From: Phoronis australis
Taxonomy: Eukaryota; Animalia; Phoronida
NCBI GenBank assembly: GCA_002633005.1
Contig: NMRA01000364.1
Location: 243,075-307,074 of the forward strand
DNA: 64,000 bases
Direction: 5' to 3'
This document shows, piece after piece, positions 1-12,200 of the stretch (position 1 is the stretch's first letter; each line of letters opens with the position of its first letter). The notes under the pieces were generated by a model. The model had not been told where the DNA came from. It worked only from the letters and a program-made list of their open reading frames with translations, and made no database searches. The position numbers and the translations under genes were made by a program.

Positions 1-3000
1 TTTTCATGCACATATGACACTCCTGCAGTTCTGCCAGGCAGTTGTGAAGCACACGTTGGACAGATATAATTGTCGTCCTATTATTTTTCACATTTTGTAA
101 TCATTCCAGCTTGTCTTTCTATCAGACATTTAAGTATTCTCATCAATTTCCTGTTTTGAACTCAAACAGCTTGTGCTACACGGTGTCTGAATAAACCTAC
201 TTGTACCACTTTTAGCTGGCTTGGGATGAACTCCAGGTGAGAAGCCAGCTCCGTCATTGTCTCCAAAAATAACCTACGGTTATATATTTTTAGGGCTCCT
301 TGACTAAACACTTAAGCCTACACAACATGCATTCTACACTAAAAGTTATAAGTTCTGTTGTCAATGCTTTCCCTCTCATCTTTAGACATTACGTTAATCT
401 CTCAATTGTGACCAATCTAACATTATGACAACAAAAATTATTCACCATTTTCAGTTATTTTCCTCTCTTGAAAATACAACCAGTGGAGATCTGCTCTACA
501 AACCCTTTCTGTTAATACGAATGATAACCACCAACTCACGGCGGACTTCGTTTCTTCCGTTAAAACATTATGTTGCATTATGTCGGTTGGTAGTCTCAGT
601 GGTGTGCGAAATTTGTGATATCCAGCAATGTCTGCCCTTGGGAAAATCTTGTTTTTGCCTCTGAAAACAAGCATTTTCCTTGATCAAATCCATTTTTCAT
701 GTTTCCATTTACCGTGCGCTTGCTTTGCAAATCATCTCAATTTTAAAAGTTTTACTAAGAGAGAATTACGAGTATCTGAATGATTCACTAAGGCTTTTGT
801 TTCTTCGTCGAGTTTAAGCCTCCGTTTTCTTTGAAAAAATGAAGTAATTTTCTTCATTGCACTGTGGAGCTGATCAAGGAAATGGAGTGATTGCGCACAG
901 GTCTACTGGTGGTCGCCTGGGATATCACGTGCATATCGACCGGGAGAGGCATTACTTAGCCATATTTACTGTTACAATTGTGCAAGTTGTCTGAATTGAA
1001 CACTTGGAATTGGGTCTGAGCTCCACACACGCACACGCACAAATTAAACTTCCACACATTGTCAAATCTTGTTTCGGTCGTATAATGCTAATTACTGAGG
1101 TTAATTAATAAGGTCAACATTTCCTCACACTTTTGCTATTATATTTTTGTGGCCACCAAGGGGTGGAGCTGGACTCCCTAAATCCGCCTGTGGGTGGACT
1201 GCATAGTGAGGAGATCGTGGGACATGTAATGACATGACGCATGTAGGTGTTTTGTCTATTAGTACATTCTCTTTTTGTGTTCAGTGTTAAGCGGTTTAAT
1301 TTTAAAAAATTTAGGACACCATACGGCGATACGGGTGAATTTTTTTTCATCTTTTTGACAAAAATTAAGTATTAGGAAATAGATGGTTTATTTTAGAATT
1401 CTGTACCATAGGCAACACCAGGCAAAGCTCTGAGTAATTATACAGTGGCATTTGAAAAGTGGAGAAAAAGATCAACATTTTTGCATTATTTTGTTGTTGT
1501 CCGAAATTTGTGAGATTTATTAGATTTCATTGTAATAATTAGAAACTCAGTGATATTCTTATTCATTGGTGTTGTTACTTGCACACTGCAGTGCACACAA
1601 CATCCCCATAAGTTAATGTACAAAATAGTGCTAAGATCGGACTTCAGTAGCAGGGACACAATCGAGATGCAGAATGTAACCATCTTTCTTGTACTGTGCG
1701 ACCTATTTCCATTGCATTGTGGAGGGATATTCCTGAACCTGTGCCCTTTGGGCATGTGGGCCTTTTTTCAGAGTTGTCCCCAGTAGACTTAATGTAAATA
1801 AATTGGTAACCTGTAGATATTTATTTTGATAATCTTACAATGTTTTTAAGTTAGAATTTTTGTACATCTTTATTGTTGTTTTTACAGAGACGGGTATGTA
1901 GGATTTCTCACACACTGCTGCAACGTACTTGTGCCTATTTATTTTCTATGCCCTAATGGCACAAAGGCACGGTCTAGGAATATCTCTGATTTTGTCTATT
2001 CTCAGCTTTTTGTTGTAATATGTATGGGACTTCAATGTATTTTATTGAGATCGGTTCTTTCATGGTGCTTATCAGTCATTTCTTTACTACTGTACACGTC
2101 AAAAGTATTCCGACTGCAGAAGCCGATTTGATTGTCACAGTAACATTCTCTAACGAGCTAGAGTGAGGGCATTAATAGGAAAGTTCGTGGCTAAACCACT
2201 CTGTTATGTTGCCGTAACAATCATTTTCTGTTTCTGCCATTTATTGTGAATAAAATTAGCCATCATGACAAGAAAATGGTATTTTGTCTCCTTGCTTTTG
2301 TCATGTACTGGAGAAATTCATATTAGGCAGCACTCGACGCTTAGGTTAACATTAAGACAAAATCCCAGGTTGCCAAAAAAATCTGAGGTCGCCAAAACTG
2401 AAAAATCTCAGATCGCCAAATAAAATTTAACTTTGCTGCTTCCGCATAAAAATTATCGGACCAAAAAGTCTCTCAGCAGGCCTAAGTGCGGAGGAGGCCC
2501 CTTCTTTAGGCATCAGTGAATTGGTGCATAATGTATGCTGCAAACAGGTGGATTACTGTCTTGGTAGATGGTACTGTTTTTACAAAATTGGTGGTGGTAC
2601 GGCAGGTTATGGATTCTAATTGTCGAGTTTGCCACTCTGTTTTTTCCTTAAGTCGACCACATGATGTAGATTGAGTTTTATGTAAAATCACAAAGAGGTA
2701 ATCACTTGGAGGTCAAGGTGCTCATGACCCCACGTGAATTCCAAAGTGTTCTCTAATGGGCGTCTCGATATTCACTAGGTGGTGGTGATGAGTAAAGGTG
2801 TTTCTTTTGATCATGTGAATCTATGGAGAATGAGACGCAGTTCATTAGCTTGGGCGTATGTATGACTGTCTGGATGCACCTTGCTTTTAAACTGGTAGGA
2901 CGACGCTGTCTCGCTATCACCATCCTGTGAATTTTGAGTTGCACTTTCAAGTCAGTGAGCATAGTAGTTGTATGCTCACTGCGTTATTATTATTATTTTG

Positions 3001-3003
3001 CAG

Positions 3004-3201
3004 TGATCAAGGAGTCGTTGGAGTCGCGAGGTGTACTTGGACAAATCAAGGCGAGAATTAGAGCCGAGGTCTACAATGCACTGGATGACACCACTGAGAC
3101 GCGACCTCCTCTGTCGAACACAAATATGATCATCAACGAACTAATTCGAGAATATCTGGAGTTCAACAAGTATCGATATACATCATCAGTACTTCAATCA
3201 G
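3004..3201 (+). CDS. CEP20: CEP20 exon 2 (LisH/FOP dimerisation region)
   Basis: ttttgcag|TGATCAAG...CAATCAG|gtacct, 198 nt. Confidence 0.95.
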
Positions 3202-6200
3202 GTACCTACTCTGTATTATGCAATTTGACTTATTATGCACCCACTTGCAGACCTGTGTACCATACGCAAAAAATGCGGATTCGTACGGAAATCAAGCCTC
3301 CAGTACGTAAGTACGCGCGGCCATGCAAAAATACGCAAATTCAGCAAATTCAAAAGAGATTATTAATTCGCTTAGTTCTCGAAGATTTGTAGTCTAAACA
3401 AACGAGGAAGGAGGTTTTAAAGTTAGATATGAAAAAAACATTGTAAAATCATTATTTTAGCAAAAAAGTTGAGCTACAAACTCGGAAAACTTCCTTCCTT
3501 TTATTCTCGAAATAGCCTGATAATCGACGAATCGCGAGGCCTCTTCTATCATCATGTGTTTCACAGGCCTAACCTATAAGCAATGACTTCTGTGATTTGT
3601 GGATTGCTTACTTCGCCTAATTCCGGCTGTTTACGGCTAAATATGTACTGTTGACAAAATGGCAAAGCATGTGTGGTCGCATATTTCGTGCTCTGAAGAA
3701 AGCTTCTGAAAGAAGGGAACGTCTTGCAGGGCTTGGAATTTTCCGCGGAAACACGGATTTCCGCTTTTTTCAAATGTGCTTTCCGCTTTTTTTATAATAT
3801 TTCCGCGTAAAAAAATCGGATTTGATATAAAATTTCGGCGGCAAATTCCTTTCTTACCGCGGCGTTGCAGACGACGTTCACCTCGAAAAGCGGAAGTTGC
3901 TCTTTGTGTTTCGGAGGAACGTAAATTGTCAACATTGCCGGGGCATCTGGGACAGCGTGGTGGGATTTTCAATGGCGTCTCGTGTTATTGTTAAGCGCGG
4001 CGACAAATACTACCGCTCTGCAGCCAAAAATGTGTGGGTTGGGAGTGGACGGGCGAGCTAAAAGGACGCAGACGCATGCTACTGATGGTGGTAACGTTTT
4101 TTTTTTTTTATTTTTTAGTCCTCCCGATTTTTGTCGGGGAAAGGTTCACATTGACCATTTCAAGGCTGGTTATCGGGCATGATTTGGGCCGTAAAAGTTT
4201 CAAAGTTTCCGCGTTTTTTGTCATTGGTCATTCCAAGCCCTGGTCTTGTTTTTGCGACGTTATTCCAAGGGACCGTGGAATTTATACTGCAAGTTGTATA
4301 GCGTATTTTTTGCGGACATGGTGACTGCACTGACTTCGTAGCGTGTTGAGCTGACGATAATACTCGAGCCACAGTCGAGCCTCAAGGAGTCCAAACTCGA
4401 CTCAAGCCTCGACGCAAGCCTCGACTCGAGGTCATGTCGCATGCAGTACGGTAGTACGTGATGAGAGACACAATGAATAATTATTCAAAACTTTTGTGAA
4501 TGGTTCAGAAAATATTGATGCTAAACATTGTCCTGTGCAGATTCATCAACACATTTTTGCAGATATGTTTTTGCATGTATTAACATATTAGTTCAGTAAG
4601 GACATTTGATTAACAGGATCTTTTCACTATGCGCATTGTCCCTCAACTATACAACTTAAATTATTTTGAAAATTGGTGATCAATTCACTATGTGTGTTTT
4701 AAAAACTGAGATGCTACTTGAAGTAAGTAGGAAAAGTACCAAGGAGGCGGTTGAATGAGTCTCAAAACCGAAAGTCCGAGGAAAAAAGACAAAAGTCCTC
4801 TAAAGAGGCAAGAATACCGCGCGAAAGCTCTGAACCCTAAGCAAAGCCCCCTCCCTTTTTTATGCGCCCACATATTTATATGTGGACGCATTATGCCGTC
4901 ATCTCTGTCCGTCCGGCGTCCGCGGCTCTATCTCCAAAACCCTTTGACATACGTTCATGAAATTTGGCACATATGTTCCATTCATGAATGGGACGGCATG
5001 TGCGAACTTTCGGACGAATCCGACTACCGGTGTGCCCCCTAGTGGCAATTTTAGTTTTTTACGCTTACCTTTGTATCTTCAAAAGTCCTGAACGGATTTT
5101 CATGAAATTTGGTATGTAGGCACCTAGTAGTGAGATGACGCTATCCTGCCGTTTTCGGATGGATTCGACATAGTTTGCGCCACCTAGTGGCCATTTTTAN
5201 TCTGGGACAGCGTGGTGGGATTTTCAATGGCGTCTCGTGTTATTGTTAAGCGCGGCGACAAATACTACCGCTCTGCAGCCAAAAATGTGTGGGTTGGGAG
5301 TGGACGTGCGAGCTAAAAGGACGCAGACGCATGCTACTGATGGTGGTAACGTTTTTTTTTATTTTTTAGTCCTCCCGATTTTTGTCGGGGAAAGGTTCAC
5401 ATTGACCATTTCAAGGCTGGTTATCGGGCATGATTTGGGCCGTAAAAGTTTCAAAGTTTCCGCGTTTTTTGTCATTGGTCATTCCAAGCCCTGGTCTTGT
5501 TTTTGCGACGTTATTCCAAGGGACCGTGGAATTTATACTGCAAGTTGTATAGCGTATTTTTTGCGGACATGGTGACTGCACTGACTTCGTAGCGTGTTGA
5601 GCTGACGATAATACTCGAGCCACAGTCGAGCCTCAAGGAGTCAAACCTCGACTCAAGCCTCGACGCAAGCCTCGACGCAAGCCTCGACTCGAGGTCATGT
5701 CGCATGCAGTACGGTAGTACGTGATGAGAGACACAATGAATAATTATTCAAAACTTTTGTGAATGGTTAAGAAAATATTGATGCTAAACATTGTCCTGTG
5801 CAGATTCATCAACACATTTTTGCAGATATGTTTTGGCATGTATTAACATATTAGTTCAGTAAGGACATTTGATTAACAGGATCTTTTCTCTATGCGCATT
5901 GTCCCTCAACTGTACAACTTAAATTATTTTGAAAATTGGTGATCAATTCACTATGTGTGTTTTAAAAACTGAGATGCTACTTGAAGTAAGTAGGAAAAGT
6001 ACCAAGGAGGCGGTTGAATGAGTCCCAAAACCGAAAGTCCGAGGAAAAAAACAAAAGTCCTCTAAAGAGGCAAGAATACGGCGCGAAAGCNTATGAAGAT
6101 TACTCACATTTTGCCCCTAGCCTATTGAGGAGACAAGGACCATGCCTTTCCATTTTGCAAAGTATGCACTCTACTGGCCACTTTATGGTACCAATAAACA

Positions 6201-9200
6201 ACCCTAGAAGGATACCGTATGCGGTGCAATTGTGGGCGCATTTCAACGCTCCGCGTTGCTCTTGTTTTTTTACTCGGTTAGATAGTAAAAGGTAAATTTG
6301 GTGTGTGCGTGGGAATATGCTAATTTACTGGAAAATCTGCAAATCTGGCATTCAGAGTACTCCAATGCAGTTTGGGTGGTACACAGGTCTGCACTTGTCT
6401 AGTTTTCCTGGATTCCAAATAATTTCTGATGTATATATCTGGGTACCAGGGTCTCTTTTCTGCTCACTGCATTCATGACTGTTATTTAATTTTCACATAG
6501 ACCTGAATGACAGCACTATGTCTTTGCTGCTACTCAGTGTGTTTTCACATTGCTGTGAGTACCTGTTAACCTAATGAGCCATTTCATATTTTTGTTCCCT
6601 ATTTCTTGTATTTTCCTTTTTTCATTTTGAAGATTTTCTTTTAAAATCACAGTATTACTGCATATGTTGGTTTTTATTCTATTGTCAAATAATAAGAAGC
6701 TTGCCACATTTGATTTGATTGTTAATGTATCATATTTTTGACAGATGATTGCTAAATTGATCTATTTTTGTGCATTCCAAAATAATTCTGTACTGTATGT
6801 CTCTGGGTACCAGGATCACTGAACTGCTCACTGCATTCATGTCTTTATTTAACTATGATGTAGACCTGAATGACAGCAGATTTAGTAATCATCCTGACCC
6901 AGAAACATACACTAAGGAAGATAACTGTTTGACCTCCGTACAAAGATGTAAAACTCCCTTCATCCTTTTCCGCTGTCAAGTTCTACTTCATCATTCGGAG
7001 CTGCTGTAGGGAATTTCCCTCTTGGCTGGTTTATTATTATTGTTCTTTAGAATATGTTGTCATACAGAAGAAATATTTTCAATGATACAGTGTCTTCTAC
7101 TTTCTTTCAATTCGATGTCTTTTCGCTCGTTGAGGAGTATGTGTCTACCAGAACAGGTGATAGGGTGTGCACTTTCCTTTGACTTGTCGTGGTCTATAAT
7201 TTTGTCTTAGGCTGTCAGTATTCTTGAGTCTTTAGAATTTAGTCTTGTGTTTTTCCTGTTGGTTTCTTCTGATGGAAAGATTCCAGGACATTCTGTTCTG
7301 TTATCAGTGTCTTATCACATTGCTGTGAGTACCTGTTAGCCTGATGAAGCAGAACAGTTAATTTGCCTTTGGTATATTTGTTTTGGACACTTTTTGGGGT
7401 ACCTTGTTTATTTTCATTCTAAGGGATAATCACCAAAATTATTCTTTGCAAATAATTTTCTATTACTTTTTCACTTCATATGCTCTTAGTGAGATCTGAA
7501 ATGCTTTGGAATTTGTTTTTTGTATTTGTGCAGTACTGCAAAGTTGGCCCTTTCTGTGATTTGAGTGATCAAGATAGATGACACTGCTCTTTTTTCACAT
7601 TTCCAAGAGATTCTCAAGCATTCTGTCTGTGGGTACCAGGAGCACAGTTCCACTCATTGCATTCATGTCTTTACTTAGTTATCAAATAGACCTGAATGAC
7701 AGCAGATTTAGTGATCTTCCTGACCCAGAAACATACACCAAGGAAGACAACTGCCTGACCTCCGTGTGAAGATCTAAGCTTCCTTCAACCTTTCACACAG
7801 TCAGGTGCTACACCATCAGTCGAGGCAGCTGTGGAGAATTTCTTTTTGACCAACTGTTAAGTAGATGTTTGGGAAAAAGATAAACTATGAATGGTGTGTG
7901 TTCAAAGATCAAAATGTTTCTATTGCAGCTTGTCAGATTATTCATGTGTTCTGCGTACCTGTTAATGTACGGTAATCAAGCAGACATTTACTTACCCTGG
8001 ATCCATATGTTGTCCTTCTTTAAAATCTTCCTGTTTGGGTCTGCTGTTNCGGCTTGTCAGATTATTCATGTGTTCTGCGTACCTGTTAATGTAATCAAGC
8101 AGACATTTACTTACCCTGGATCCATCTGTTGTCCTTCTTTAAAATCTTCCTGTTTGGGTCTGCTGTTGTTATCTTTGTTCATTGTTGATACTTCCCAGTT
8201 TCTTTTATTCTGAAGCACAGCTTCAGGTCCTTCACTATGTCTTTGCTGCTAATCTGTCTTTTCACATTGCTGTGAGTACCTGTTAACCTGATTGAGCCAT
8301 TTCATATTTTTGTTCCCTATTTCTTGTATTTTTCTTTTTTCATCACAGTATTACTGCATAGGTTGGTTTTTATTTTATTTTCAAATACTAAGAAGCTTGC
8401 CACATTTGATTTGATTATTTATGTATCATGTTTTTGACAGATGATATTGCTAAATTGGTCTATTTTTGTGCATTCCAAAATAATTCTGTACTGTATGTCT
8501 CTGGGTACCAGGATCACCATTCTGCTCACTGCATTCATGTCTTTATTCAACTATGACATAGACCTGAATGACAGCAGATTTAGTAATCATCCTGACCCAG
8601 AAACTAAGGAAAACAACTGCCTGACCTCCGTGTGAAGATCTAAAGCTTCCTTCAACCTTTCACACAGTGCCTCCCAACAGTCGCGGCAGTTGCTTAAATT
8701 CTCACTCAGACTAGCTTCTTCTTTTTCATTTCTACTTCGCTCTAGTGGTTCATACATTGCATCTTGATGTTAAAGCGTGAATTTTATATAATTCCATATC
8801 GTGTTGGGTTTTATTGTATCCATACATCTCGAAATATTTTGTTTGGCTGTTGAGTGATTTGAAATTTAAACTTCAGAATATAGACATTTTTCTTGGTATG
8901 TAGTGCTAAACAAAGTCATCTTACCTGTGCCGGCATATACTCTTTCTTTGGGATACAAGACTGGTAGTTCTTGTGCCTCATCTTCTCTGCCTTCTCTGTT
9001 GTTGTTGTTTCCATGAGAGGTTGCCATGTTCTGTGACTACAATGAGTGATGTCATCGTTTTTTGTATGATGTCATCGTGTATTTGCTTGATGTCATCAGC
9101 TTTGTGGCAATGATTTCTTTCAGTGATACAAATTTTTGTTTTGCCTTGGCTTTATTCTTCAAAAATTGATGTAATACTTAAAAAAGGGCAAGGACTTTTG

Positions 9201-12200
9201 TGGGATCATTTTGTTAGACAGTTTCTTTGATATTTTTGTTATCAAGTTATGAGATTAATTTTGTGAATTATTGCTTTTTGTACATGTTCAGTCCTGTTTT
9301 AATATGATTGTGCACATTAAGATCAAACAGTCTTGTTCAAAAGTTTTGCATTTATCTGGAATTAGGCACATGAATCGCCAGTGGGCTGATGACTTGGGTA
9401 AAAACAAGGAGTAAAATTTTAAAATGATCAAGGCATGACTCTCGATTGTAAGATGGTTGGTTCATGTTGCACTTCATTCATTTAAACAACTTAGTGTAAG
9501 GTTCTACAGTTTTACAAGAGACAAGCAAAAGCGTACAATTTAACGCTTGCTAATAGATGAGGAATAGCCGCTTGTGCCTATAACTGAAGCTTACTAGGTA
9601 CCTGTATCTATGTACAGAACTCTTGAGCAATTTTTCATTTGATAGACACATTGTTTCGGATATAGGCACATGAGCCTAAATATGCACTTATACTGTACAT
9701 AGAAGTACCGTAATCGTTCGGGTTAACGCCTTGGGCGGTTAAATTGGCGAATCAAAAAAATCAGGGGAGGGCGGTTAAACGAGCAGTGGGCGGTTAAATC
9801 GAAAATCCACCTAAAGTAGGGGATGGGCGGTTAACCGAACATGGGCGCTTATTACGACAGACAACCGCCCTGGGCGGTTAATCTTACCTGGCGATCTAAA
9901 TCCTGACACGACAATCATACTCGGAACGCGTAGCCCTTTTCAAAGAGCTTTAGCGTCACATCGCCAAACGACTGAAAACATAACAGCGGATGATATGATA
10001 TTGCTAAATTGATCTATTTTTGTGCATTCCAAAATAATTCTGTACTGTATGTCTCTGGGTACCAGGATCACAGTTCTGCTCACTGCATTCATGTCTTTAT
10101 TCAACTATGACGTAGACCTGAATGACAGCAGATTTAGTAATCATCCTGACCCAGAAACATACATTAAGGAAGACAACTGTTTGACCTCCGTACAAAGATG
10201 TAAAACTCCCTTCATCCTTTCCTGCTGTCAAGTTCTACTTGATCATTCGGAGCTGCTGTAGGGAATTTCCCTCTTGGCTGGTTTATTATTATTGTTCTTT
10301 AGAATATGTTGTCATACAGAAGAAATATTTTCAATGATACAGTGTCTTCTACTTTCTTTCAATTCGATGTCTTTTCGCTCTGTGAGGAGTATGTGTCTAC
10401 CAGAACAGGTGATAGGGTGTGCACTTTCCTTTGACTTGTCGTGGTTTATGTTTTTGTCTTAGGCTGTCTGTATTCTTGAATCTTTAGAATTCTGTCTTGT
10501 GTTTTTCCAGTTGGTTTCTTCTGNATGATACAGTGTCTTCTACTTTCTTTCAATTCGATGTCTTTTCGCTCATTGAGGAGTATGTGTCTACCAGAACAGG
10601 GGATAGGGTGTGCACTTTCCTTTGACTTGTCGTGGTCTATGTTTTTGTCTTAGGCTGTCTGTATTCTTGAGTCTTTAGAATTCTGTCTTGTGTTTTTCCA
10701 GTTGGTTTCTTCTGATGGAACGATTCCAAGACATTCTGTTCTGCTAATCAGTGTCTTATCACATTGCTGTGAGTACCTGTCAGCCTGATGGAGCAGAACA
10801 GTTAATTTGCCTTTGGTGTATTTGTTTTGGACACTTTTTGGGGTACCTTGTTCATTTTCATTCGATGGGATAATCACCAAAATTATTCTTTGCAAGTAAT
10901 TTTCTATTACTTTTTCATTTCATCTGCTCTTAGTGAGATCTGAAAGGCTTTGGGATTTGTTTTTTTTATTTGCGCAGTATTGCAAAGTTGGCCCTTTCTG
11001 TGATTTGAGTGATCAAGATAAATGACACTGCTCTTTTTTTCATATTTCCAAGAGATTCTCAAGCGTTCTGTCTGTGGGTACCAGCAGCACAGGTCCGCTC
11101 ATTGCATTCATGTCTTTACTTAGTTATCAAATAGACCTGAATGACAGCAGATTTAGTGATCTTCCTGACCCAGAAACATACACCAAGGAAGACAACTGCC
11201 TGACCTCCGTGTGAAGATCTAAGCTTCCTTCAACCTTTCACACAGTCGGGTGCTACACCATCAGTCGGGGCAGCTGTGGAGAATTTCTTTTTGACCAACT
11301 GTTAAGTAGATGTTTGAGAAAAAGATAAACTATGAATGGTGTGTCTTCAAAGATCAAAACGTTTCTATTGCGGCTTGTCAGATTATTCATGTGTTCTGCG
11401 TACCTGTTAATGTAATCAAGCAGACATTTACTTACCCTGGATCCATATGTTGTCCTTCTTTAAAATCTTCCTGTTTGGGTCTGCTGTTGTTATCTTTGTT
11501 CATTGTTGATACTTCCCAGTTTCTTTTATTCTGAAGCACAGCTTCAGGTCCTTCACTATGTCTTTGCTGCTAATCAGTGTCTTTTCACATTGCTGTGAGT
11601 ACCTGTTAACCTGATTGAGCCATTTCATATTTTTGTTCCCTATTTCTTGTATTTTTCTTTTTTCATTTTAAAGTTTTTCTTTTAAAATCACAGTATTACT
11701 GCATAGGTTGGTTTTTATTTTATTTTATTTTCAAATACTAAGAAGCTTGCCACATTTGATTTGATTATTTATGTATCATGTTTTTGACAGATGATATTGC
11801 TAAATTGATCTATTTTTGTGCATTCCAAAATAATTCTGTACTGTATGTCTCTGGGTACCAGGATCACCGTTCTGCTCACTGCATTCATGTCTTTATTCAA
11901 CTATGACGTAGACCTGAATGACAGCAGATTTAGTAATCATCCTGACCCAGAAACATACACTAAGGAAGACATCTGTTTGACCTCCGTACAAAGATGTAAA
12001 ACTCCCTTCATCCTTTTCCGCTGTCAAGTTCTACTTCATCATTCGGAGCTGCTGTAGGGAACTTCCCTCTTGGCTGGTTTATTATTATTGTTCTTTAGAA
12101 TATGTTGTCATACAGAAGAAATATTTTCAATGATACAGTGTCTTCTACTTTCTTTCAATTCGATGTTTTTTCGCTCTGTGAGGAGTATGTGTCTACCAGA

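Larger units (their letters stand above)
3248..6391. mobile_element. Non-autonomous TIR element (hAT-like, 6-bp TSD)
   Basis: TIR CAGACCTGTGTACCA (3248-3262 / 6377-6391), flanking direct repeat CACTTG; interior has N joins. Confidence 0.75.

Noticed and set aside
2934-3392. 152-aa ORF as a complete gene
   Set aside because: Only 3004-3201 is coding; the rest is intron and transposon read-through
7927-8110. Short direct duplications around N at 8049 (also 10525 and 12412)
   Set aside because: Unmerged contig overlaps, so the true copy number of the array cannot be read from this assembly
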